Shown: piece by piece, positions 19,434 to 30,208 of the stretch
Layout: every line of letters begins with the position of its first letter
Position numbering within the stretch: position 1 is the first letter of the stretch
The notes under the pieces: model-generated
Seen by the model: only the letters and a program-made list of their open reading frames with translations
Database searches by the model: none
What the model was told of the DNA's origin: nothing
Program-made: the position numbers and the translations under genes
Assembly (NCBI GenBank): GCA_963727625.1
Contig: CAVSHR010000005.1
Location: 704,001-768,000 of the forward strand
DNA from: an uncultured delta proteobacterium
GTDB taxonomy: Bacteria > Desulfobacterota > Binatia > UBA9968
DNA: 64,000 bases
Direction: 5' to 3'

Positions 19434-20684
19434 ATGATGTACATTCTAGGTGTCGTTTTGGCCGGTGGTCGAGGCGAGCGCCTCTACCCCTTGACACAGC
19501 ACAGAGCAAAACCCGCGGTGCCCTTCGGCGGCCGCTACCGTATCATCGATTTCGTGCTGTCGAATTTCGTCAACTCCGGCATCCTGTCGATCTACGTGCT
19601 CACCCAATTCAAGGCGCAGTCGCTTTTGGAGCACCTCGATCGAGGTTGGCGCACCAACGATTTTCTCGGCGAACACTTCGTCACGCCGGTGCCGGCGCAA
19701 ATGCGCTCGGGTGTCGAGTGGTACCAAGGGACGGCGGATTCGGTGTATCAAAACTTATATCTGCTCGAGCGCCATAACCCGAAATTGGTCGCGGTTTTCG
19801 GTTCCGATCATATTTACCGTATGAACGTGCGCCAGATGATCGACGAGCACCAGCGAAACTCCGCCGACGTGACCGTCGCGGCCCTGCCGGTCAAGATCGA
19901 GGAAGCCTCGCAGTTCGGCGTCATCGCGGTGGATGCCGACTGGCGCATCATCGGCTTCGACGAAAAGCCGAAACACCCAAAATCGATTCCAGGAGAACCC
20001 GAATATGCCCTAGTCTCCATGGGTAATTACCTCTTTAACAACGAAGTTTTAATCGAGGCGCTCAACGCCGACGCAGCCGACGAAACCAGCAAGCATGATT
20101 TCGGCCACAACATTCTGCCGGCGCTGATCAAAAGCCAGCGGGTATACGGCTATGATTTTCGCAAGAACCGGGTGCCGATCCCGTCCAAAGGCGAAGAACC
20201 GAGTTACTGGCGCGATCTCGGCACCTTGGACGCCTACTACGAAGCGAGCATGGATCTTTGCTCCATCGATCCGTCCTTCAATCTTTATAACCGCAGCTGG
20301 CCGCTGCGCACGGTGGGCTACGCCGACCCGCCGGCGAAGTTCGTGTTCGACTGGAAAGACCGCCAGGGCATGGCGCTCAATTCCATCGTTGCCGAAGGCT
20401 CGATCATCAGCGGCAGTTACGCGCGCAACTGCGTGGTCGGCCGCAACGTGCGCATCCACAGCTTCAGCCAAGTCGAGGATTCGGTGATCATGGACTGGGT
20501 GGAAATCGGTAGGAACTGCCGTATCCGCCACGCCGTCATCGACAAGGCCAACGTCATCCCGTCGGGAACGGAGATCGGATATGACCTAGACAAAGACCGA
20601 CAGCTCTACACAGTCTCACCGAACGGCGTAGTCGTATTGCCGCGCGCACCGCGCAAAACAACCTGGGTCATGACCGATCCCTAA
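19434..20684 (+). CDS. glgC: Glucose-1-phosphate adenylyltransferase
   Basis: LAGGRGERLYPLT..RAKPAVPFGGRYRIIDF, WYQGTAD, SMGNY, HDFG, YWRDLGT. Confidence 0.96.
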   Translation: MMYILGVVLAGGRGERLYPLTQHRAKPAVPFGGRYRIIDFVLSNFVNSGILSIYVLTQFKAQSLLEHLDRGWRTNDFLGEHFVTPVPAQMRSGVEWYQGTADSVYQNLYLLERHNPKLVAVFGSDHIYRMNVRQMIDEHQRNSADVTVAALPVKIEEASQFGVIAVDADWRIIGFDEKPKHPKSIPGEPEYALVSMGNYLFNNEVLIEALNADAADETSKHDFGHNILPALIKSQRVYGYDFRKNRVPIPSKGEEPSYWRDLGTLDAYYEASMDLCSIDPSFNLYNRSWPLRTVGYADPPAKFVFDWKDRQGMALNSIVAEGSIISGSYARNCVVGRNVRIHSFSQVEDSVIMDWVEIGRNCRIRHAVIDKANVIPSGTEIGYDLDKDRQLYTVSPNGVVVLPRAPRKTTWVMTDP

Positions 20685-20866
20685 ACGGCATGGTTCTGAC
20701 GCAAAGAAAGGATTTGTGGCTAATCATCTGGGTAAGCCAAGAACGCTGATGGGACAAAGGTCGATGAGCATGGCGCCCGCCTCACTCACGGCACATTGCC
20801 GCCAAGATACGACACCAGACCCGCGAGCCACGTGACTCGCTCACCGTCCCGCAGTTCGAACCGCCC

Positions 20867-23293
20867 ATGGACCGATACATCTGCATCCACGGCCACTTTT
20901 ACCAACCGCCGCGCGAGAATCCCTGGCTCGAAGCGGTCGAGTTGCAAGACTCCGCGGCGCCCTATCACGATTGGAACGAGCGCATCACCCGAGAGTGCTA
21001 TGCGCCCAATTCGGTCTCGCGCATCGCCGATGACCAAGGCCGCATCATCAAGCTGGTCAATAACTACGCCAAGATCAGCTTTGATTTCGGTCCGACTCTC
21101 CTCAGTTGGCTTAAAGTGAAAGCCCCCGATGTCTATGCCGCCATTTTGGCGGCCGACCGGCAGAGCCGGGAAATTTTTTCCGGCCACGGCTCGGCCGTTG
21201 CTCAGGTTTACAATCATGTCATCATGCCGCTCGCCAATACTCGCGACCGGGTCACGCAGATCGTCTGGGGCATCGCCGACTTCGAGCATCGCTTCGGGCG
21301 CGCGCCCGAGGGCATGTGGCTGGCGGAGACCGCGGTGGACATGGAAACCCTCGAATTGCTCGTCGACGCCGGCATTCGATTCGTCATCCTGGCGCCGCAT
21401 CAAGCGGAGCGCGTGCGCCGCATGGACGAGCAGGCCTGGCATGAGATCAACGGCGAACAGATCGATACCACGGTCACCTATCAGCAGCGCTTGCCCTCAG
21501 GGCGCGCTATCGCGGTATTTTTTTATCTCGGCGCGGTCGCGCGCGCGGTTGCCTTCGAAGGTTTGCTGTCGAAGGGCGAGCGTTTCATCGACCGCTTGGT
21601 CGGCGCTTTCGCCGCCGACCCCGCCCGGCCGCAGCTCGTCCATATCGCCACCGACGGCGAATCCTACGGCCATCATCACCGTTTTGGCGACATGGCGCTC
21701 GCCTATGCTCTGGACCAGATCGAAGCGCGCCAACTGGCGCACCTGACCAATTACGGCGAATTTTTAGAAAAATACCCGCCTGAACACGAAGTCGAAATCG
21801 TCGAGAAAAGTTCCTGGAGCTGTATCCACGGCATCGACCGCTGGTGGAGTGATTGCGGCTGTAACACCGGCGCCCATGCCCATTGGAATCAGCGCTGGCG
21901 CACGCCGCTGCGAAACGCTGTCGATTGGCTGCGCGACGAGGTCTCGCCGCGATGGGAACTCAAAGCATACCAGTTCTTTCAAGATCCTTGGGCGGCGCGC
22001 GACGCCTACATCGAAGTCGTGCTCGATCGCTCGGCAAAGAATATCGAGAACTTTTTTGCGCGCTATGCTGCTCGACCGTTATCGGCGGCGGAAACCACTA
22101 CGGCGCTCAAACTACTCGAGTTGCAGCGCCACGCCATGCTCATGTACACCAGCTGCGGCTGGTTTTTCGACGATCTCGCCGGCATCGAGACGATTCAGAT
22201 TCTGCAGTTTGCCGGCCGCACCTTGCAATTGGCCCAGGAGCTATTCGGGAACTCGTTAGAGGAGCAGTTCGTGCGCCGCTTTGCGGCGGCGCAGAGCAAC
22301 AGGCCCGAGGAAGGCGACGGCGCGCGCATCTATGAGCGCCGGATCCGGCCGGCCAAAGTAGACTGGCCGAAGCTCGCCGGCCACTACGCGCTGAGCAATT
22401 TGTTCGAAGGTTTTCCCGAGCGTAGCGCGGTCTACTGCTACGATGCCAAAGTCGCGGACCCTCGGGTGTTCAGCGCCGGCCGCGCCAAGCTCGGCATCGG
22501 CCGAGTCGAGCTCACGTCTAGGATTACCCGGGAGACGGCGCGGCTCATCTTTGCGGTGCTGCATCTCGGCGACCACAACATGAGCGGCAGCGTCCGCGAA
22601 GACCTCGACGACGACAGCTACCAAGAGAGCGTTCGCGCCACGATGGAGCCATTTATGCGCGCCGACCTCACCGCCGTGATGCGCGAGATGGAAAGGCGCT
22701 TCGGCGGCTCGAATTATTCGCTGCGCTCGCTGTTTCGCGACGAGCAGCGAAACGTCTTGAACATGATCCTCGCCGCCGATTTGCAAGAAGCGGAATCTTT
22801 GTACCGGCAAATCTACGAACCCCGTGCGCCGCTCATGCGTTTTCTCACCGACCTCGGCATACCGCTGCCCGAGGGCTTTTCCGCGGCTGCGGATATTGTC
22901 GTCAACCACCAGTTGCGCACCGCGTTGGCGCCGCCGAGCATCGATCTAAAGCGGGCGTTCGAGCTTTTCGAATCCGCCCGCTTGGAAGGCGCTTCGCTGG
23001 ATGCGCCGACGTTGGAATTCGCCTATCGCCAATCGCTGGAGCATTTGGCGGCAGCCGCTTTGGCAAATCTGACTTGGGCCGAGCTCGAAGGATTGCATGA
23101 AGCCGCCGCCGCGCTTCCACGGCTGCCGTTCACCGTCGATCTGTGGCAGGTCCAGAATCTCTACTACCAAATATTGACGCAGGACTATCCGCGCCGGCTG
23201 GAGGCGCAACGGCAAGGGGACGAAACCGCGCGCGTTTGGAATAAACTATTCCGAGAGATCGGCCGCCTGCTGCGCGTCAAAGCGGCCGAGTGA
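20867..23293 (+). CDS. GH57 family glycoside hydrolase with DUF3536 domain
   Basis: CIHGHFYQPPRENPW, GMWLAETAVD, ATDGESYGHH, SWSCIHG, MYTSCGWFFDD. Confidence 0.9.
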   Translation: MDRYICIHGHFYQPPRENPWLEAVELQDSAAPYHDWNERITRECYAPNSVSRIADDQGRIIKLVNNYAKISFDFGPTLLSWLKVKAPDVYAAILAADRQSREIFSGHGSAVAQVYNHVIMPLANTRDRVTQIVWGIADFEHRFGRAPEGMWLAETAVDMETLELLVDAGIRFVILAPHQAERVRRMDEQAWHEINGEQIDTTVTYQQRLPSGRAIAVFFYLGAVARAVAFEGLLSKGERFIDRLVGAFAADPARPQLVHIATDGESYGHHHRFGDMALAYALDQIEARQLAHLTNYGEFLEKYPPEHEVEIVEKSSWSCIHGIDRWWSDCGCNTGAHAHWNQRWRTPLRNAVDWLRDEVSPRWELKAYQFFQDPWAARDAYIEVVLDRSAKNIENFFARYAARPLSAAETTTALKLLELQRHAMLMYTSCGWFFDDLAGIETIQILQFAGRTLQLAQELFGNSLEEQFVRRFAAAQSNRPEEGDGARIYERRIRPAKVDWPKLAGHYALSNLFEGFPERSAVYCYDAKVADPRVFSAGRAKLGIGRVELTSRITRETARLIFAVLHLGDHNMSGSVREDLDDDSYQESVRATMEPFMRADLTAVMREMERRFGGSNYSLRSLFRDEQRNVLNMILAADLQEAESLYRQIYEPRAPLMRFLTDLGIPLPEGFSAAADIVVNHQLRTALAPPSIDLKRAFELFESARLEGASLDAPTLEFAYRQSLEHLAAAALANLTWAELEGLHEAAAALPRLPFTVDLWQVQNLYYQILTQDYPRRLEAQRQGDETARVWNKLFREIGRLLRVKAAE

Positions 23294-23491
23294 GCCAGCC
23301 GGGGTTGCGCCGCCATGATTTCGGTGAAGTCAATGCCTCGGCGAACAAGTTCGAATGCCGCGCAGATGCGGAGTGAGAGATAATAACGATTGGCCCGCGA
23401 TTGCTCAATGATTAAACAAAATGACTGGAATCGATTGCTCGAGGCGGCCCGCTCGTGTTTAATTCATTTATAGTCTACAACTAAGCTCGTT

Positions 23492-24673
23492 ATGTTTACG
23501 CCGTTCTTTAACATCGGCATCGCCGACGTCATCGATATCCTGGTCGTCGCCGTTTTGCTCTACACCGCCACGGCGTTCCTCAAACAAACCCGAGCCGCTT
23601 TCATCATTCGCGGCATTTTTATCATCGCGGCGATTTACATCATCGCCAGATACCTCGATCTGCAATTGACCGCGTGGATCTTCCAGGGTTTCTTCGCGAT
23701 CTTTTTGATCATTATCGTAGTGATTTTCCAGGAGGAGCTCCGGCAGATATTTGAACGGATCGCCGTTTGGAGCTTGGCGCCAAAAGCCTTCAGGCCGCTG
23801 CGCTCCAACACTGTCGATACCCTCGTCGGCACGCTGGCCGACCTCGCCAAGGACAGAATCGGCGCACTAATCGTTATTCAAGGCAAAGATCCCATCGCCC
23901 GGTATGTGATGGGCGGGATTGAATTGGAAGGCAGTATTAGCGAACCGCTGCTGAAAAGCATCTTCGATCCGCACTCGGCAGGACATGACGGCGCGGTCAT
24001 CGTCGAGAACGACCAGGTCACTCTTTTCGCGGCGCATCTGCCGCTGTCGAAAGACTTTCAACAATTGGCCAACGTCGGCACTCGCCACAGCGCGGCGCTG
24101 GGACTAGCCGAGCTGAGCGATGCGCTGTGTATCGCGGTCTCCGAAGAGAGAGGCACGATCTCGGTGGCCAGAGACGGCCATCTGCGGCAGATCGAAAACA
24201 TTCAAGAGTTGGGACAGCTGCTCGAGAGGTTTCTTGGGGAAAAGTTTCCCTCGTCGGATCGGCGCATTCCTTCGGCGTCGCTGATCAGAGAAAACTGGCT
24301 CGCCAAACTGGTGAGCTTTTCCTTGGCCATCGGGCTTTGGTACGTCTTGGTCCCCGGATCGAGCACCGTCGAAGTGACCTATAAACTCCCGGTGCAGGTG
24401 CAAAACCTGCAACCCGAGTATCACGTCGAAGATGTCCAACCCTCCGAGGTCAACGCGACTTTTACCGGTCCCAAGCGGGCTTTTTATTTCTTCGATCCGA
24501 GTAAACTCAAGGTAGACGTCGATCTATCGACCACCGAAGCGGGCCGCAAGACGCTGCGCATTTCAGAGCAGAACGTGCGTCATCCGCAGACGCTCACTTT
24601 GCAGCAGCTCGTCCCGACGACGGTGAGAGTCCTGGTGCGAAAAACCCCGCGGGAGCAGGAGGACAAAAGCTAG
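23492..24673 (+). CDS. Diadenylate cyclase (CdaA/DisA_N) fused to CdaR/YbbR-like domain
   Basis: 3 TM helices, IFQEELR, IGALIV, HDGAV, GTRHSAA, VSEERG.IS, then NWLAKLVSFSLAIGLW and a beta-rich YbbR-like tail. Confidence 0.85.
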   Translation: MFTPFFNIGIADVIDILVVAVLLYTATAFLKQTRAAFIIRGIFIIAAIYIIARYLDLQLTAWIFQGFFAIFLIIIVVIFQEELRQIFERIAVWSLAPKAFRPLRSNTVDTLVGTLADLAKDRIGALIVIQGKDPIARYVMGGIELEGSISEPLLKSIFDPHSAGHDGAVIVENDQVTLFAAHLPLSKDFQQLANVGTRHSAALGLAELSDALCIAVSEERGTISVARDGHLRQIENIQELGQLLERFLGEKFPSSDRRIPSASLIRENWLAKLVSFSLAIGLWYVLVPGSSTVEVTYKLPVQVQNLQPEYHVEDVQPSEVNATFTGPKRAFYFFDPSKLKVDVDLSTTEAGRKTLRISEQNVRHPQTLTLQQLVPTTVRVLVRKTPREQEDKS

Positions 24674-24802
24674 CCGGACCAAACGACACGCACCGTCGCG
24701 AGACGCATTGCCTCTCATCGAGCCGATGCGATCTGCCCGTCTTAATTTGACCCTTAATCGCGGTTTTCCACCCCGCTGGCGGAAGCAAACTTCACCCCAT
24801 GC

Positions 24803-26713
24803 TCAACCTTCGCTCTTGAGAAACGACACCGATAGCGGTGGCAAGGTGATGGCCAACGAATAGGGCCGGCCGTGCAACGGCACCGGCGCCGCTTCCACGC
24901 CGCCCATGTTGCCCATGCCGCTGCCCCAGTACTCGGCGGCGTCACTGTTGAGCGCCTCTTGCCAATAACCGCCGCGCGGCGCGCCGATGCGATAACTGTA
25001 GCGCGGCACCGGCGTAAAATTGCACACTGCAATGATGATCGTCGGCGTCGTCTTGCCTTTGCGCAACAGCGTCACGACGCTGCTTTCCACGTCGCTGCAG
25101 TCGATCCACTCGAAGCCCGCCGGGTCGCAATCGCATTCATGCATGGCGGGCTCGTCTTTGTAGAGATGATTGAGGTCGCGCACCCATTTCAATAGCCCGG
25201 CGTGGGCGGGCTGGTCCAGCAGTGCCCATTCGAGACTCGCGTCATGAGTCCACTCGCGCCATTGACCGAATTCGCCGCCCATGAACAACATTTTCTTCGA
25301 CGGCTGAGCATACATGTAGCCGTACAGTGCGCGCAAGTTGGCGAATTTCTGCCAGTCGTCGCCGGGCATCTTGCCGATCAACGAGCCCTTGCCGTAAACG
25401 ACCTCGTCGTGGGACAGCGGCAGGACGAAGTTTTCGTGAAACGCGTAGAGCATGCGAAAGGTCAGTTTGTCGTGGTGGTAGCGGCGGTGCACAGGGTCCT
25501 GACGCATATATTCCAGCGTATCGTGCATCCAGCCCATGTCCCACTTGAAACCGAAGCCCAAGCCGCCCAGATAATTGGGCCGCGAAACCATTGGCCAAGA
25601 GGTCGACTCCTCGGCGATCGTTTCGACCTCGGGAAACTGCTCGTAGACTTCCGCGTTCAAATAGCGCAAAAATTCGATGGCATCGATGTTCTCGCGGCCG
25701 CCGTGCTTGTTGGGAATCCACTCGCCCTCTTTGCGAGCGTAGTCGAGATAGAGCATGGACGCCACCCCGTCCACCCGCAGGCCGTCAACGTGATATTTGT
25801 CGAGCCAATAGACCGCATTGCTGATCAGAAAGCTTTGCACCTCTTTGCGGCCGTAGTTGAAGATATAGCTGTTCCACTCCGGGTGATAGCCCTGGCGCGG
25901 ATCGGCATGTTCGAACAAATGCGTGCCGTCGAAAAACCCCAAGCCATGTTCGTCGCTGGGAAAATGCGACGGGACCCAATCGAGAATCACGCCGATACCC
26001 CGTTGATGCAACGTATCGATCAGAAACATGAGGTCCTGCGGCGTGCCGTAATTGCCCGAGGGCGCGAAGTAGCCGGTGATTTGATAGCCCCACGAGCCGA
26101 AGAACGGGTGATCCATGATCGGCATGAGTTCGACGTGGGTGTAGCCCAGGTGATGCAAGTGGTCCGCCAGCTGCGGCGCCAGCTCGCGATAGGATAGCGA
26201 GCGGTTGCCTTCCTCGACGATGCGTTTCCATGACCCCACGTGCATCTCGTAGATCGCCATCGGTTTGGTGAGGCCCTGGCGCTGGCGCCGCTCGGCCATC
26301 CACTGTTGATCGTTCCATCGATAATCGAGATCCCAGACGATCGATGCAAATTTGGGCGGGATCTCGTTGAAAATCGAGAAGGGATCGGCCTTGTCGGCAC
26401 GGTAGCCGTTGAAGCGCGATCCGACGTGGTATTTGTACAGAGTTCCTTTGCCGACTTCTGGAAAGTATCCTTCCCAGATGCCGGAGTCGCCTTTGGGCCG
26501 GAGTAAATGCTTGGCCTTTTCCCAGCCGTTGAACTCGCCGATGATACTCACGTGATTGGCGTTTGGCGCCCAGACTGCAAAGTAAGTCCCTGCTTTCCCC
26601 TCTTGTCTGACAAGGTGCGCTCCGAGTTTATCGTAGAGGCGAAAGTGGCTGCCTTCGTTGAAGAGAAAAAGATCGTCGTTCGTCAGCAAGCTAACGGGAT
26701 TCTGGCTGTCCAT
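24803..26713 (-). CDS. glgB: 1,4-alpha-glucan branching enzyme (GH13)
   Basis: FAVWAPNA, IYEMHVGSW, SWGYQ, DWVPSHFP, DGLRVDGVASMLY, AEEST, LPLSHDEVV. Alternative GTG start at 26722. Confidence 0.96.
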   Translation of the reverse strand: MDSQNPVSLLTNDDLFLFNEGSHFRLYDKLGAHLVRQEGKAGTYFAVWAPNANHVSIIGEFNGWEKAKHLLRPKGDSGIWEGYFPEVGKGTLYKYHVGSRFNGYRADKADPFSIFNEIPPKFASIVWDLDYRWNDQQWMAERRQRQGLTKPMAIYEMHVGSWKRIVEEGNRSLSYRELAPQLADHLHHLGYTHVELMPIMDHPFFGSWGYQITGYFAPSGNYGTPQDLMFLIDTLHQRGIGVILDWVPSHFPSDEHGLGFFDGTHLFEHADPRQGYHPEWNSYIFNYGRKEVQSFLISNAVYWLDKYHVDGLRVDGVASMLYLDYARKEGEWIPNKHGGRENIDAIEFLRYLNAEVYEQFPEVETIAEESTSWPMVSRPNYLGGLGFGFKWDMGWMHDTLEYMRQDPVHRRYHHDKLTFRMLYAFHENFVLPLSHDEVVYGKGSLIGKMPGDDWQKFANLRALYGYMYAQPSKKMLFMGGEFGQWREWTHDASLEWALLDQPAHAGLLKWVRDLNHLYKDEPAMHECDCDPAGFEWIDCSDVESSVVTLLRKGKTTPTIIIAVCNFTPVPRYSYRIGAPRGGYWQEALNSDAAEYWGSGMGNMGGVEAAPVPLHGRPYSLAITLPPLSVSFLKSEG

Positions 26714-26836
26714 CAGTGGCACACCTTCCTTCCATTCACATCGATTGAAGCGTTATCCGTCACGGCCGGACCAAAGCCGTGAAGAGCCGGTCGACGCTCT
26801 TTGAAATTGACAAGACCCGTTGCCGCGCCGCAGCGG

Positions 26837-29800
26837 TTACTCGCGGTCCGCCAGCAATTGTAAAATCCCCGCAATCGGCAGGTCCACCCAGTCGGGCCGG
26901 TTGTTGAGTTCGTAGCTCAGTTCGTAGACCGCCTTTTCCAGCAAATAGATATCCAGCAGCAAAGCAATTTCCGTCCGCGCTTTCGGCATGAAAGCCGCCT
27001 GGCGGGTAGCCTCGAAATAACCCTTGAGAAAGTTCACCGATACCCAAAATTTCCAAAAATCCGCCCAGGGTCGCACTTGCGTAGCGTCTTCGGCTCGCGG
27101 AGCGTCGCTTTTGAGCGCAGCCACCGCGGCATAATTGAACGAGCGCAGCATGCCGGCGACATCGCGCAGCGGCGAGCGTTTTAGACGTCGCTCCGAAATC
27201 GGCCGCGCCGGCTCCCCCTCGAAATCGATGATGATAAAATCCTTGCCGGTAAACAGCACTTGGCCGAGATGGTAGTCGCCGTGGCAGCGGATGCGCATGG
27301 CGGTGATTTTGGTTTCGACAATCTCGCGAAAGCGCGCGAACAGCGATTCCTCCAGCTTGAGAACTTTTTCGGCGTCAACGCGTACCTCTTGGCCGAGTCC
27401 TTTGAGTCTTTTCCCGAGCAGCGTGAGCGATTGGTCGGCCAACGTCCGCATGCTCTGATAGAGCGAGCGGCGGTACAGAGCTGTGAAAGATTCCGGCGCG
27501 AACGCGGGATCCTTCAGCTCCGAGCTAAGAGCCCGGTGCAGCTCGCCGGTGCGCTGTCCCAAGAGATGGGCCGATGGCAAATACGAGCCGATCAATTCGC
27601 GTGCCAAGTCGGGAATCTCCTCGTCGACAAATTTTGCCGGGGAGGCTGTCGGCACAACCGCAGCCTGAACGTCCGGTTTGCGCGCCAACACTTCATCGAA
27701 AAAATGATCCAGGCTGTCCAGTGTGTAGCGCCAGGCGTCGCCTTCGTTTGCGACCAGGCCTTGAAGGATGCCGAGTGTCGCCGGCTCGCCGCGACCCTTG
27801 CGCAATTCAAACGAGCCGGCCAACGCCGGAGTGTGGGCAAAACGGGCCTTTTCCGTAAGAAACCGGCCGATCTCCAAATCGGGATTCAACCCTTCGGTGA
27901 CGCGGCGGAAGAGTTTGAGAATCATGCGATCGCCATAGACTACAGAGGTATTGCTCTGTTCTCGTTTGAGAATGACCGGCTCCAGGTTGGCTTCGGCACC
28001 GCCGCTAATTTTGCGAAAGATCTTCGACGGCTGCGCCGCCAGTTCTGCGCCCTGCCCTTTGTAACGCCGCGCGCGGCCGACGGCGCTAAGGAGTGACTTG
28101 GCGAAATTCGCATCGTATAGGGCGTCGTGAAGCACCCCGTCGATCTCCTGATCGTGATTTTTAACCTTCAATTGGGCAACGATGCTTTGCGGGCTCGCCT
28201 GGCGTAGCCCGAAGGCGCGCTCCCCCGCGGCGAACATCAACGGCAGGACGTAGACCGCCGGTGTGGCGCCGAGAAACTGGATTTCCCAGGTGGTAAAAAA
28301 CGCGCTCGCGCCGTTCACATGAAACGGAATGATGTCGACCTTCTTCACCGAGCGAATTTGTTGCGCCTTGCCCCCGAACCAGCGGCAACTGAGGAAATAA
28401 GCCGGCAAGGTGCGTTCCAGGAGCGTCAGCGCCTTGTTTGCGAGGATATGCTCCCAGGAGCCCTCGACCTCCAATTTCGCCGGCTCGAACCCTTCGATGG
28501 TCGCGCCGGTTTTGGCCGCCTGCGGTTGTTCGAGCTTGAACCAATAGAAATTATGCGGTCCGAAGGTAAGGAAATAGGGGAGCTCGCCGATCGGGGGAAA
28601 TCGCGTTTGGCCGAATAACTCCACGGGCACCATGCCTTTATAGGCGGAGAGATCGATCTCCGCGCAATTGACGAAGCGTGACAGGTTGGCGGCGATGAGA
28701 ATGATTTCATCCTGGTAGCGCCGCAGGAAGACCAGCACCTTGCGGTTTTCCGGCAGCAGAAATTCGATGCTGCCTTCGTTGAGGGCCCGGTAACTCTTGC
28801 GCAAGAGCACAAGCCGCTTCATCCACCAGAGCAGCGAGCTGGGATTTTGCTGATGCGCTTCAACGTTGACGGTTTCGTAGTGGTGCTCGGGATCGACGAT
28901 CACGGGCAAAAACAGCTTCTGCGGATTGGCGCGGGAGAAACCGGCGTTGCGGTCGGCGCTCCATTGCATCGGCGTGCGCACGCCGTTGCGGTCGCCGAGG
29001 TAAATATTATCGCCCATGCCGATTTCATCGCCGTAATAAATCACCGGCGTGCCGGTGAGCGAAAACAGCAGGCTGTTCAAGAGCTCCATGCGGCGCCGGT
29101 TGTTGCCGAGCAGCGGCGCCAGGCGCCGACGGATGCCGAGGTTGATCCGCGCGCGCGGATCGTTGGCGTAGACCTTGTACATGTAGTCGCGGTCCTCATC
29201 GGTGACCATCTCCAGGGTCAGCTCGTCGTGATTGCGCAAAAACATCGCCCACTGGCTATTCTCCGGAATCGGCGGCGTCTGCTCGAGAATATCGATGATC
29301 GGGAAGCGGTCTTCCATGTGCACGGCCATGAACAGCCGCGGCATCACCGGAAAATGAAACGCCATGTGACACTCATCCCCGTCGCCAAAATACTTAACCG
29401 CGTCTTCCGGCCACTGATTGGCTTCGGCGAGCAGCATGCGGTTCTTGTATTTTTTGTCGACATGCTGGCGCAGCTCTTTGAGAAAGGCGTGGGTCTCGGG
29501 AAGATTTTCGCAGTTGGTTCCTTCGCGCTCGTATAAATAGGGCACGGCGTCCAAACGCAGGCCGTCGACGCCCATGTCGAGCCAGAAGTCCAACACGCTG
29601 AAAAGCGCTTTTTTCACTTCCGGATGATCGAAGTTCAAATCCGGCTGGTGCGCATAGAAACGGTGCCAGAAATAGGCCTTGGCCACCGGGTCCCAAGACC
29701 AATTGGATTGCTCGAAGTCTTTAAAGATAATCCGCGCCTCCTGGTAGCGCTCCTGGTTGTCGCTCCAAACGTAAAAGTTGCGCGCGCTGCTGCCCGGCTT

Positions 29801-30193
29801 GGCCTCGCGCGCGCGCTGAAACCAGGGATGCTGCTCGGAAGTATGATTGATGACCAGCTCGGTGATGACACGGATCGATCGGCGGTGCGCCTCGCGCAGG
29901 AACACCTTGAAGTCCTGCAGTGTGCCATAGTCCGGATGAATGTCGGTATAGTCGGCGATGTCGTAACCGTCGTCGCGCAGGGGCGAGGGATAAAACGGCA
30001 AAATCCAAAGCGCCGTGACGCCGAGATCCTGAAGATAATCGAGCTTTTCAGTTAGACCGATGAAATCGCCGATGCCGTCGCCGTTGCCGTCGCAAAAAGC
30101 CCGCACATGGGCTTCATAGATCACCGCCTCTTTGTACCAGCGCGGCTGAGCTTCCAGAATCGTCGAGGCTGAACTTTGAGTTTTGCGCTTCAT
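26837..30193 (-). CDS. treS: Trehalose synthase / maltokinase fusion (TreS-Mak)
   Basis: N-terminal [39 protein letters not shown]; C-terminal [34 protein letters not shown]. Confidence 0.94.
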   Translation of the reverse strand: MKRKTQSSASTILEAQPRWYKEAVIYEAHVRAFCDGNGDGIGDFIGLTEKLDYLQDLGVTALWILPFYPSPLRDDGYDIADYTDIHPDYGTLQDFKVFLREAHRRSIRVITELVINHTSEQHPWFQRAREAKPGSSARNFYVWSDNQERYQEARIIFKDFEQSNWSWDPVAKAYFWHRFYAHQPDLNFDHPEVKKALFSVLDFWLDMGVDGLRLDAVPYLYEREGTNCENLPETHAFLKELRQHVDKKYKNRMLLAEANQWPEDAVKYFGDGDECHMAFHFPVMPRLFMAVHMEDRFPIIDILEQTPPIPENSQWAMFLRNHDELTLEMVTDEDRDYMYKVYANDPRARINLGIRRRLAPLLGNNRRRMELLNSLLFSLTGTPVIYYGDEIGMGDNIYLGDRNGVRTPMQWSADRNAGFSRANPQKLFLPVIVDPEHHYETVNVEAHQQNPSSLLWWMKRLVLLRKSYRALNEGSIEFLLPENRKVLVFLRRYQDEIILIAANLSRFVNCAEIDLSAYKGMVPVELFGQTRFPPIGELPYFLTFGPHNFYWFKLEQPQAAKTGATIEGFEPAKLEVEGSWEHILANKALTLLERTLPAYFLSCRWFGGKAQQIRSVKKVDIIPFHVNGASAFFTTWEIQFLGATPAVYVLPLMFAAGERAFGLRQASPQSIVAQLKVKNHDQEIDGVLHDALYDANFAKSLLSAVGRARRYKGQGAELAAQPSKIFRKISGGAEANLEPVILKREQSNTSVVYGDRMILKLFRRVTEGLNPDLEIGRFLTEKARFAHTPALAGSFELRKGRGEPATLGILQGLVANEGDAWRYTLDSLDHFFDEVLARKPDVQAAVVPTASPAKFVDEEIPDLARELIGSYLPSAHLLGQRTGELHRALSSELKDPAFAPESFTALYRRSLYQSMRTLADQSLTLLGKRLKGLGQEVRVDAEKVLKLEESLFARFREIVETKITAMRIRCHGDYHLGQVLFTGKDFIIIDFEGEPARPISERRLKRSPLRDVAGMLRSFNYAAVAALKSDAPRAEDATQVRPWADFWKFWVSVNFLKGYFEATRQAAFMPKARTEIALLLDIYLLEKAVYELSYELNNRPDWVDLPIAGILQLLADRE

Positions 30194-30208
30194 GGGGATC
30201 GCTTTCGT

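Noticed and set aside
23391-23405. TGGCCCGCGATTGC as a sigma54 promoter for the cyclase gene
   Set aside because: GG to GC spacing is one base short of the strict requirement.
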